NCBI RefSeq assembly: GCF_006345805.1
Contig: NW_021834949.1
Location: 1 to 44,517 of the forward strand
Source: Octopus sinensis
Taxonomy: Eukaryota
Direction of reading: 5' to 3'
Length of the DNA: 44,517 bases
Below the pieces are notes generated by a model, which ran no database searches, was not told the origin of the DNA, and saw only the letters and a list, made by a program, of their open reading frames with translations. The translations under genes and the position numbers were made by a program. Of the stretch, positions 1 to 10,865 are shown piece by piece (positions within the stretch are counted from its first letter, which is position 1; every line of letters begins with the position of its first letter).

Positions 1-300
1 TGTATATGTATATATATGCATATGTTTGTATGTGTGTAGGTGTGTATACATATATATATATATATCTAAATGTATATATACATATATATAAATGCATATA
101 TATATACGCATATAAATATATATGTATATTTATGTGTGTCTATATCTGTTTTGGTGTATATATAGATAAGCTGGTTCATGTTTAGTTATAAATCTATCTA
201 CCCGTATGTATATGTGTATATATAAATGTATCTACCCGTATGTTTATTAACCGTTTGCCAACCATTTGCTTAAAAAAAAAACTTATCTAACTTCTCTTTT

Positions 301-333
<33 letters not shown>

Positions 334-382
334 ATCTCTCGCTCGCTTTCATTATATTTGTATGTCTGCATGTGGGCACCTG

Positions 383-420
<38 letters not shown>

Positions 421-540
421 GTGTGTGTGTGTGTGTGTACAGGAGTCGCTGCGTGTGCAGGTTTTGTTTTTTATATATTTCTCATTATTTTCCATCTTTT
501 CGTCACTGATATCTGTTACCTCCATGCCCATATAAACACT
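1..540. repeat. Compound microsatellite block: (TA)n/(TATG)n, (CT)n, (GT)n
   Basis: Directly visible dinucleotide runs; the ORFs at 266-648 are artefacts of these runs. Confidence 0.95.
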
Positions 541-544
541 CAAG

Positions 545-930
545 TGGAGGCGCAATGGCCCGGTGGTTAGGGCAGCGGACTCGCGGTCATAGGATCGCGG
601 TTTCGATTCCCAGACCGGGCGTTGTGAGTGTTTATTGAGCGAAAACACTTAAAGCTCCACGAGGCTCCGGCAGGGGATGGTGGTGATCCCTGCTGTACTC
701 TTTCACCACAACTTTCTCTCACTCTTACTTCCTGTTTCTGTTGTACCTGTATTTCAAAGGGCCGGCCATGTCACCCTCTGTGTCACGCTGAATATCCCCG
801 AGAACTACGTTAAGGGTACACGTGTCTGTGGAGTGCTCAGCCACTTACACGTTAATTTCACGAGCAAGCTGTTCCGTTGATTCGGATCAACTGGAACCCT
901 CGTCGTCGTAACCGACGGAGTGCTTCCATC
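545..930 (+). mobile_element. tRNA-derived SINE, apparently full length
   Basis: A box TGGCCCGGTGG (556-566), B box GGTTTCGATTCC (599-610), head stems GCCCGGT/ACCGGGC and CGCGGTC-ATAG-GATCGCG, then a unique body ending GTAACCGACGGAGTGC. A related tail fragment lies at ~13748-13762 on the minus strand. Confidence 0.85.
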
Positions 931-939
931 CATAAACAC

Positions 940-1300
<361 letters not shown>

Positions 1301-1610
1301 CCGATGTATCAACATACACGCCTTCACTCTACTCCTGGAGGCTGATTTGAAAACGCGTTCCCATGTCCCTGGGTAATTAAACCCGTGACAGGTTCAAGTC
1401 GTATATAGTGCTAAGTCTGTTAACATTACTCGCTTAACCCCTGAGAAACTGCGGCCTTTAACGCACGTAGGCACACCATGGTTTTTATAGCCACCGATAC
1501 ACACACACACACATACACACACACACATGTATGTGTATAAGTAGATATACGTTAGTATATACATACCTCCATATATAAATATGTATACATATATATACAT
1601 ATATATATAC

Positions 1611-1643
<33 letters not shown>

Positions 1644-2359
1644 CGTATATATATATTTGTGTGTGTTTATATATGTATATATATATATATATAATTTATT
1701 CATAGATTTTTATCTCTATGCTTCACAGATCTTTTCTACCTAACGGTTAAATGCCGTTGGGTCTAAGCGATTTGAGAATTGTAGAGAGATTAAGGTAATG
1801 AATAAATTATGGAACTCTGCATCGTACGATGTGTACAGCACTTAACTGAATGTGGTGTTCGTTGTTCGGTCACTGGTACTTGGATTACACAGACACGCAT
1901 GCACACATACACACCCATACACACACATATTTACATATATACACATATATACACAAACGTATATGTATATATGAATTTATCCAAGTTGATGGAGTGGAGC
2001 AGGTAAAATTCTGCCTAAATATGTTTCGTATCTACCACATTCTCTGGTTTAGTATTTACTCAACGAGGGGTATTCAGCTACATGCTAATGAGGCCGAAGA
2101 TACCTTAATTATACAAAGTAACATTAGCGTTAACTCACCGAAGATATAAGTTGGAAAGCCTCGCCTAGAAATTATTATTGTTCGTGGTGGGATCTTTCAT
2201 TTACCTACCACGGACTTCTCGAAGCCTAAAAAATTTCTATAATTAGATCTTTGGTTCTTATAATTACATATCGATGATATATACGAGTATACATATACAA
2301 GTTATATAATATACATATATAAGCATATACAAACGTTTATATATACTTATACATGCATA

Positions 2360-2396
<37 letters not shown>

Positions 2397-2779
2397 CCTT
2401 TTATGGATGTATCATTGTATCGAGAAAACCGTTGGTCGCAGTGCACTACCTAGCATTGTTGTAGGCTTCGAATGATGTCAACTCACCGGCTGGAGAGTAT
2501 ACCACACATACACACACACACACACAACCTCATATATACATATACATGTATATATATACACGCAAAGATATACACTCCCCTCATATATATATGTGTGTAT
2601 ATATATATATATATATAAAATTAAATAATAAGGGTAGGAATTGATATTAATGAGTTAAAACCACTGGCTTAGAACGTAATATATATCGCAAGGCATGTTA
2701 TCCGACGCTCTCATGAGTCTGGCATATCATCGTCTTTAATTTGTTACTAATCGAGGTTGAAGCCATCAGTTTTAGAGAC

Positions 2780-3084
2780 CAAATCAGATTTACGTATAGC
2801 GGCATATGTGTCGTTGCAGCGCACCTCTGCGTCCACCATACGTCGACATTTGCTCGAGTAAATACCTTGTAACCCTTCGAGCGATGCCACATGTAGTCAC
2901 CATTTCTGTGAGATACTTGCTGATCCACCGTGGTCATATGGTATGTGGCCGACTAACACGAGCCGTCAACCCTACCGGATCCTCAGAGAACAGGACACGA
3001 TATGCAGGATCCAACTCGGAAAATCGAGCTACATGCTGACGCTCCTAAATCATACACGTGGCACGACGTATCCCAGTTTATGAG
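2780..3084 (-). mobile_element. Degenerate non-LTR retrotransposon (RTE/L2-like) 3' end, left part
   Basis: Minus-strand translation TGIRRATCMI*ERQHVARFSELDPAYRVLFSEDPVGLTARVSRPHT resembles the LINE C-terminal motif (G)HVAR...DP..R.L..P.G.R.RGRP. It contains stops and frameshifts. Confidence 0.7.
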
Positions 3085-3086
3085 TA

Positions 3087-3950
3087 CAGTCAACTCTCGC
3101 TACTATGCCACCCTGCGGGACTGAGCCAAAGTGGCATAGTACCGAGAGTGGCATAGTACCGAGGGTCTGTTATCTAAACACTACATAACCAAAAATTTAC
3201 TGAACATACGAATAAAAATTCATAGGGTAGGAAGTAAGGCCAATAAGAAGTTCAATACAATGGTAAAAAGAAGACATCCAAGTTTATTAAGTTCAGATTG
3301 CTTTTAGTTAATCCCGAAGCTCTCAAAAATTGTCGGCTGACGCATCTTCCTTCGGCGGATTTCATTCATTTCGTTGTCTAGCCTATCACACGCCTGCATG
3401 ACGCTGGGTTTTCCGCTGCACTGCTGCTGCATAAACTTTCGGATAGTGTTCCATGCTCTCTGGGCATCTGCAAACGAAACGTTTTCCTCTTCCACAATTA
3501 CCTCGTCGTCTTCACTTTCCACCGGCTCTTCGTTATGCATTACCTCCTTTGCTATTTCTTCTAGAGTGAAACATGTCGGACAATACAAGGGGTGGTAACT
3601 TGTATCAGATATTACTAATGATACGAGGGGCCCGACAATAACGTTTTTCGCAGCATCGATAATCTCCTTCTTTTCCTTCAGCGTAAACTCAGTCCGCTTG
3701 CGTTTCTGAGCTGACATTGTGTGCTACTTTCTGAACTTTTCCACAAGATTACAAATACGAAATGTACAAAATGTAGGAGTACAAAATTTCGAAAAGTTGC
3801 GTGCGCTTCAGTTTACAAGTGGCATAGTAGCGAGAGTTGAGGGTGGCATAGTAAAATTTTTTTGTTTATTATTTGGCCGGGACCGCGCAAAACTGGCATA
3901 GGAGCGAGAGTGGCATAGTAGCGAGGTGGCATAGTAGCGAGAGTTGACTG
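3087..3950 (-). mobile_element. Internally deleted pogo/Tigger DNA transposon (864 bp)
   Basis: Perfect 25-bp terminal inverted repeats (TIRs) CAGTCAACTCTCGCTACTATGCCAC / GTGGCATAGTAGCGAGAGTTGACTG, TA TSD at 3085-3086 and 3951-3952, and a Tigger-like internal ORF. Confidence 0.93.
3304..3717 (-). pseudogene. Truncated Tigger/pogo transposase ORF (137 aa): N-terminal HTH start fused in frame to the acidic C-terminus, no DDE domain
   Basis: MSAQKRKRTEFTLKEKKEIIDAAK resembles a CENP-B/psq-type N-terminus; TLEEIAKEV...ESEDDEV...RKMRQPTIFESF resembles a Tigger C-terminus. Confidence 0.75.
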
Positions 3951-3952
3951 TA

Positions 3953-4075
3953 TAGTCGTTGGTGGGATGCGAAACCCAACCGCAAATAATCAATATTCTT
4001 GCAATGCGTGTTGTTACGAAAGCAATTCAGGCGACTCCTAACGTAGGAACAAGTCTAGCTGATGTCGTCAGATCC
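3953..4075 (-). mobile_element. Upstream continuation of the LINE split by the Tigger element
   Basis: Removing 3087-3952 rejoins TCC CAC CAA CGA CTA TAC TCA TAA ACT GGG ATA (S-H-Q-R-L-Y-x-x-T-G-I), resembling the LINE motif VSNxRLYRETG. Confidence 0.65.
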
Positions 4076-4737
4076 AGTGCTTGACTATATAATTCATCGA
4101 CCCGGAATGTGAAAGGCAAAGTTTACCTCGACAGTAATTAAGATCAGAGAATAAAGAGTGAGAAGAAATACACAAGCAGTTTTGTTCGACGCACCGTACA
4201 CTGACGATTTTGCCAGTCCTACGATTTTAACGTTATAATTGGTAGTTAATATTAAATGTATTAGAGTAACAGATTAAATTGCATCAGTATAATTCAATTA
4301 TGTGGCCACGTGCCAAAGGTAGAAATAATTACCAGAATTTAATTAAGCTGATAAATTAGCAGAAACATTGAAATACTTGTTTAGATGTTTTGCTATCAAC
4401 AGTTATGTCACTTACCATCCTGAGTTCAGCTACTTTCGATGTCGACATTAAGCATTGAGACCTCATTCCTCGCTGGTTTGTTTATTAAATAAAATAATAC
4501 ACTTGGACTATATTGCAATTGATTTAATGGTATTTAATCGTTACTCTATAGAATTGTGGTCTTATGCAATTGAAGAAATCATCAACATTTTATTATAAAC
4601 GTAAATTAGCACCAAAGATAGAACACTAGAGTAAATTAAACATTGCTGTTATATATTATATTCTATGTTTGACATCTGTCCAATACCTGTTGCTTTGCTC
4701 TTGCCTCTGTAGTCTTTAGTATTTCATGTTTATATAA

Positions 4738-4945
4738 GGCGGCGGGTTTATATACTGCGCCGAAAAAGTTGCGGAGTGAAGTTTCATCCATGTTATGTTC
4801 TGGGTTCAAACTCTGCTGAGGGTGACTAGGCGTTTCACCCTTTTGAAGAGAGTCGATAAGTTTATTGATACCAGTCAATTACTGGGGTCGCGGAATTCGA
4901 CTTGCTCTTCTCCAAAGCACTTCGCGCGGAGCCAAAATTTTAAAC
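4738..4945 (+). mobile_element. Degenerate tRNA-derived SINE
   Basis: GGCGGCG head, TTCTGGGTTCAAACTCTGC B-box-like segment and GTCGATAAG...CCAGT...ACTGGGGTCG body, matching the better copies at 22182-22415 and 27803-27990. Confidence 0.6.
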
Positions 4946-5409
4946 CTTATTAACAACGCTGTATTACAACAAACAGAGCGCCATCCTTACAGTATTATTT
5001 GCATCAGTCACACCAGAGTAATATAAGAAAATAGCACATATACATACAGAGAAAGAGAGAAACAGATGTGGCGCATCAATGAATTCATTTCACCTGCTTT
5101 CCTTGCGTCCCTCGTCATGACTTGCAGATATACAAACATAGGTTGAGTAGCATTTGAAATAAAAGGCAATGTACTGAATGTACCACACTGCAACCCATAC
5201 GACAAACAACATATGTCTGAATATATACGTTGATCTATATATAAGTAGGTATATACTAGCCGTGGATCTCATTTATGCATTAGATATGTGTGTGACATAA
5301 ACCAACTTAGTCAGAGATTCACCCGAGGCTAAAATTTGGCAATAATAAAAGCGACAACGTATTAATAAAAATTATAACAATAATAACAACGACAACGCAC
5401 CACTATTAG

Positions 5410-6168
5410 CTGTATATTGGAGAAGAATGAAAATCATCCAAAAGCTGCTACGTGTTCTTTACAAGAACCATTCCATTCCATAAACTACAATGTGGTACCC
5501 TGGCATGAGATGTCATACAATATTCGGTAAAAATACATCTGTGAATTGCACCTTGCTGTATGTACTCACTATGTACATACGGTAGAGTTGCACCTAAGGA
5601 TACGTTATTATCACCCATATTGGATGTGTGGGCGACGAAAATCCATGTGAATGAACCTCGTAGTCGGAAACTGAAAGAAGCCAGTTGTATAATGATTATG
5701 GAAGTGGAGTGGAACGAAAGTGTTTGAAGAGGCCAGGATAATGCATGTAAGACGCAGGCAGAGATCTAAGGAAGAATGTTACGATCGAGTAGGTGAATGA
5801 TAATGACCTCTTTGTGTGCAAAGTTTGTGACAGACCATGCCTTACTTTTGCTGGGATCAAATCTCATTTGCGAACCCATGGAAAACGAACCTCCATCAAC
5901 TATTCTGCTTATATGTCTGTGCACACCTTTCAATGCAATGTATGCCAGAAGGCCTGAAAATCTAACGGAGGCTACAAAAGACATTTTCAGATCCATAAAG
6001 ATCAGAACTTAACTGCAGCTCTTGGTCGTCCAAATCGGATGTGCAATCTACGTGGTTGTCTTTTCAGAATATTGTCTGGTTTGAAAAGCCACATCAGATG
6101 CCATGATGGTTCTAAGGTGTAGGTACAGGAGGTGGTCAAACTCTGCATAAGGAGGACACAACCACTGC
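5410..6168 (+). mobile_element. RTE-clade LINE 3' remnant ending in three C2H2 zinc fingers and a (CA/CG)n tail
   Basis: Degenerate RTE C-terminus (LLY.., APK.RY, SGTKVFEEARIMH), then frame 5805-6122: CKVCDRPCLTFAGIKSHLRTH, CNVCQKA*KSNGGYKRHFQIH, CNLRGCLFRILSGLKSHIRCH. A microsatellite tail starts at ~6168. Confidence 0.75.
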
Positions 6169-6603
6169 ACACACGCACACGCACGCACACACACGCACAC
6201 ACACACACGCACCCCCCCCCACATATATATGTCTCTTCTAATTTTTAATTATTATAAATCTTCCACTAAGGAGGGGGCTGGTTTCCAAAAACAAAAAGAA
6301 AGAAACAAGGCTCCATATTTGGGGTGTAGCTAACAGAAAAATTCACATTTAGAAATTGAGGAAAATCTTTCATATTTTTACTGTTCCGCTCACAGACTAC
6401 ACTTGTAATGTATGAATCAGCCGGTCAATTTCTCTTTCTGAAAATCCCAGTTTATCCAGATTGTACTTTAAAAGCATTTACTAACAGAACCTAGTGCTCT
6501 AATTGTTATAGGTATGAATATGAAATAATAGTCTGGATATAGAAGCTGGAGGTTTCGAAGCAGTTACCCATAGACATGCTCTTTTTCTTTGATTTTCAAA
6601 GAG

Positions 6604-6634
<31 letters not shown>

Positions 6635-6639
6635 TGTGT

Positions 6640-6866
6640 TTGTGTCTACGTGTGTTTTTGTGTTTACGTTTGTTTTACCACCTACGCTCAGTGTGTTTAT
6701 GTTGGTGTGTTTATCACCCCGTAACTTAGCGGTTCGGTGGAAGAGACCAGTAGAATAAGTACGAGACTTAAAAAGACTCGATTCATTCAACTAGAATTCC
6801 TTAAGGCAGTGCTCCAGCATGGTCGCAATCTAATGACTGAAGCAAATGTAAGATAAAAGATAAAAT
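6640..6866 (+). mobile_element. SINE 3' half preceded by its internal (TATG)n
   Basis: CCCCGTAACTTAGCGGTTCGG...GGCAGTGCTCCAGCATGG...AATGACTGAA...AAGATAAAAGATAAAA, homologous to 36750-36941. Confidence 0.8.
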
Positions 6867-7187
6867 ACACTCACACACTCCACGCGTATACAGATACATA
6901 CACACGTACTCACACACACACACACAGGCACTCATATTCACACACATCTACCCGTAAACGCAAACGTATCTGTCTATTTATGCGTCAAGCCTAGAGGCAC
7001 CCGCACTCAGGGTCTCATATCTCCTCCTATCGCACATACAGCGTAGCAAGGTTTTGCGTCAGTAACTGGCTGATAAGTACCTTCTCTCTTTGTTGTTATC
7101 GGCTTTTGAAATTCTCCCTCTCAGCTTTCCGGTCCTCACCAAATATTCAAGGTTTTGTCCTTTTATACGTTGTCCAATGAACTTAGC

Positions 7188-8070
7188 AGTTATCTCCTCT
7201 ATATATTCGATCTTTTGGTAGTTTCTTTACGTCTAAACTGTTTCAATTTTTATTATCCGATCCAAGTAGTATATACTAGCAGTATCGCCCGGCGTTGCTC
7301 GGGTTTGTAAGGGAAATAACTATATAAGCATTTTTAGAGAGTTACTTCCCTTATAAATTCGGGCTTTCTTAGCCATTTTTGTTTTGGTGTCTTCAAGCCA
7401 TGAAGTCGTTGTTCTAAAAGAACGCTGGTTTCCTTCACAACGCATTACGACGTTGATTTCTTTACACTCCCTTCCCCAAAGCTTCACGAGGGAGGAAGGG
7501 GGAGAAGCAAACAGGTGCAGCTGTGAGCGTGGACGCCAACTCCGCCGCCATCGACATACGATGCATTTTATGCATTAAAATGGAATAAAAAATGATGTTA
7601 AATTATTTTTAAAATCGTAGACTCATCGTTGACGCGCGCTAATAGTCAGACGGGCTCGATATGAATCACGACTATAAGATACCCGAATTTGGTTAAACTG
7701 CACCGCAAAATGTGGGAGGAGTTAGGAATCTAAATCGAAGGGGACAGACACTCACACAACTAGAGTTTTATATATATAGATATTCAGTACCCGTCTCAAG
7801 AACCACATCTCTGAGCAGTGATGACCATCTGTATTATCTGATCGTTATGTTCCAGGTCAAGTAACAAAACGTAAAGATGGGTCCAGTAACCTCCCCTTTA
7901 TATTCGATCTCCTGGCAGTTTCTTTACATCTAAGAGTTTCACTCCTTATTACTCGATCCATACAGGATATATATATTCAGTGTCTGTTTACAGAACAACA
8001 TCTCTGAGCAGTGATAAACATCTGTGTTTGATCGTTATGTTCCAGGTCAACCATACGTAAAGATGGGTCC
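7188..8070. repeat. Diverged ~190-bp tandem duplication whose first copy is split by a Helitron
   Basis: Copy 1 is 7188-7275 plus 7781-7884; copy 2 is 7885-8070. Shared blocks: TATATTCGATC, AGTTTCTTTAC.TCTAA, CATCTCTGAGCAGTGAT, GATCGTTATGTTCCAGGTCAA, ACGTAAAGATGGGTCC. Confidence 0.85.
7276..7780 (-). mobile_element. Non-autonomous Helitron (505 bp)
   Basis: On the minus strand it starts TC(TATATATATAAAAC), ends CCCGAGCAACGCCGGG hairpin + CGATACTG + CTAG, and is inserted between A and T with no TSD. Homologous to 37495-37887. Confidence 0.88.
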
Positions 8071-8074
8071 TTGT

Positions 8075-8460
8075 ATGACACTCCGATTCATTTTCTTACT
8101 GGTATTGATTACTGTTTATTTGACAATATATATTTCATCTCACTGAAAGTAGCCTTGGCCTGGCCAATCATTGATTCCATCTCTTTGAAGTTTTCCTCAT
8201 CTGAAGTAATAATGTTTACCAAATATTTAAAAGTATCAACTTGTTTCAAGTTGTTTCATTAAATCTTATGTTGCAAAACAGTGGTAGGTTCTTTGAAATT
8301 GTCAATATCATGTATTTGATTTTTAGTTGTTGAGACCGAAACGCATCTTTTCACCCTCGTCGTTTAAAATAATAATTAATGTTGGTAGATTTTGCTCAGA
8401 TGTTGCTATGAGAAACTGTGTCGTCTGCAGAACGGATACCGTTAATGTTTACCCTCCTAC
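8075..8460 (-). mobile_element. RTE-like LINE reverse-transcriptase remnant
   Basis: Minus translation INGIRSADDTVLIATSEQNL...KTKYM...LKQVDTFKYLVNIITSDEE..KEMESMIGQAKATFSEMK covers the YADD and FKYLG motifs, degenerate. Confidence 0.8.
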
Positions 8461-8533
8461 GTCTCAAATTTTATACTTTACTCCCCCTCTCTTCCTCCCT
8501 CTTTCCCACTTTCCTTCTATTTACATACATCTA

Positions 8534-8574
<41 letters not shown>

Positions 8575-8575
8575 C

Positions 8576-9031
8576 AAAACTTACTTGGAGGAGATGAAAC
8601 GAAACGAAACGAATCGAATCGACGCGAGGGCGCTCAGTCATACAATAGTGTAAGAAATAAGATATATGCATACATACATACATATATGTACGTACCTACA
8701 TCTACATGTATATATACATGCATATATAAATATATATACGTGAGTACAGGACACCACAAATAGACGTAGAACTCAACAAGAAACGAAGACGTAAAAACAA
8801 ACGTGGAAACGGACCTAAACGAAAAAAAAACAGAGTACAAGACAAACTACACAAGGAAAAATCCCCTATCATCAGCTGTCCCTAGTTCAACTCCACCGTG
8901 TTTCGAAGGTGGGGACAGAACACGACTCGTGGAACTAGTCCTTCCTCCGTAGGAATTTAATAAATTACTTCGCAGAGGGGTAAAAACAAGGAAAGTTAAA
9001 CACGTGACAAAACCATATATTATATATATAT

Positions 9032-9078
<47 letters not shown>

Positions 9079-9173
9079 TATTATGTAAAAACTGTACTGG
9101 GAGAAGAAGAAGAAGAAACGAAACGAAACGGAACGAATCGAATCGACGCGAAGGCGCTCAGTCATACAATAGT
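8576..9173. repeat. Segment bracketed by ~75-85-bp direct repeats containing (GAAAC)n(GAATC)2GACGCGARGGCGCTCAGTCATACAATAGT
   Basis: Repeats at 8576-8649 and 9087-9173. The interior 8740-9015 is a dispersed repeat with a homologue at ~42430-42540 on the opposite strand. Confidence 0.8.
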
Positions 9174-9180
9174 ATTACAC

Positions 9181-9207
<27 letters not shown>

Positions 9208-9214
<7 letters not shown>

Positions 9215-9966
9215 TGTATGTATATACATATATACGACGGGGTTGCTGAAAAGGTCCTGTCACTAAAGGTGTGGTGATGATAGGCCCAGGAGGACACACT
9301 CCTCCTGGGGCTAAAAACTACAGTAGCATCCACCCTTAGGGGTAGCCATATTGAAATGGCAAATATACGTCACTATAGAGCGCCTATTAATAATAATACT
9401 GTAATTGTTCCACGTGTTGTTGTTTTTTCTGTTTTCCCGTTTGGATTAAAATTATATATATATATATATACATACATATATATACACACATATATATATA
9501 CATACATATATATATATATATAATTACAGTATTATTATTAATAGGCGCTCTATAGTGACGTATATTTGCCATTTCAATATGGCTACCCCTAAGGGTGGAT
9601 GCTACTGTAGTTTTTAGCCCAGGAGGAGTGTGTCCTCCTGGGGCTAAAAACTGCAGTAGCATCCACCCTTAGGGGTAGCCATATTGAAATGGCAAATATA
9701 CGTCACGATGTGTTACTGCTACTGTATATAACTCACTTTGATATTTATCATTATATATATATAGTTCCGGGTAAAAGAAAATACATGAGGATCAGTTAAT
9801 TATGACAGTATTCAACATATTCCCTCTAAGATTCACTGGCTTCGGTTTTTCTAAGCCCTGAAAAAGGACTCAGAATGTTGGCCTCCAACTGGGCCTATCA
9901 TCACCACACCTTTAGTGACAGGACCTTTTCAGCAACCCCGTCGTATATATGTATATACATACATAC

Positions 9967-9969
<3 letters not shown>
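9208..9969. repeat. Nested inverted-repeat / palindrome complex
   Basis: Outer IR 9208-9289 vs 9889-9969; inner IR 9285-9406 vs 9522-9642; 152-bp palindrome 9555-9706 centred on the loop GTGTG. Confidence 0.95.
9762..9943. mobile_element. Mariner-derived MITE remnant with one intact terminus
   Basis: Terminus ...ACCTTTTCAGCAACCCCGTCG|TA typical of mariner-type TIRs; eroded other end AGTTCCGGGTAAAAG. Confidence 0.65.
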
Positions 9970-10038
<69 letters not shown>

Positions 10039-10349
10039 CAGCAACAATTTAGATTCAAAAGAATATGGTACTTAAGTTAGATGCACCAGAATTTTGTATG
10101 GTGATACCCATAAAAATATGCGGGGTGATTATAATAAAAAAATAAGCAACAAGAATGAATCCGGTAATTTAGTACAATTGTTTCATACTACAACATTTTA
10201 TTAAAAGCTGTAATTATATTACAGCAGATTTAAGATGCTGAGTAATCTTCAGCTAAATTTTATATAGGTTTTCCAATAATATAAAATTTTCAAATCAATT
10301 AATAACATCTTAGGGAAGGTAAATATACAGATAAAGATGTAGATATGAA

Positions 10350-10865
10350 TCTTAGGAATATGAGGTCGTGTAGTTCAGATGCCAACTGACCAAAACCTCG
10401 GTTACAACTGACTGCTGTAAGAAAATTTCTTTCGTTATAAGGATTGGGGTAAGGGCAGGTAAAGAATTCAAGTTAGTTGAAGAAAAGAGGAGGAAATTCA
10501 GGATAAGTAAAAGAAGAACAGGTTGTCACTAGAACAAAAGGTCAATTTAACTATGTGGTGACAAGAAAAATTAGGTCAGTATAGAAAGATCATCGAATTC
10601 TTAGGAACATATGTGGTTTTAGGTCAGATACTAACTGACCAAAACCCTACTTGCAACTAAGAGCCATCAGCATTTTTTTAGTAGTAGGAATTTGGATAAG
10701 GGGATGTGATAGAATACTGTAAAAGGGATTTAAGTTAGTTGCAGAAAAAAGGAAGAATTTAGAATATTTAAAGGGAATTCAGATTGTCCCAAGAACAATA
10801 AGCCAGTTTTTTTATGTGGTGAGAAAAAAATCTAGGTCAATGTCGAGAGGTCAATTAAATTCCTT
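10350..10865. repeat. Old tandem duplication, ~250-260-bp period
   Basis: Collinear blocks TCTTAGGAA, TCAGAT..AACTGACCAAAAC, AAGTTAGTTG.AGAAAA, TTGTC...AGAACAA, TATGTGGTGA.AA..AAA.TAGGTCA occur twice. Confidence 0.75.

Noticed and set aside
545-620. Possible tRNA gene
   Set aside because: It has A and B boxes but no proper cloverleaf, and it continues into a SINE body.
8860-8945. CTGATGA and GAAAC on the minus strand as a type-II hammerhead (also 42430-42480)
   Set aside because: No valid stem III/NUH or stem II pairing could be built; only an unrelated stem-loop is supported.
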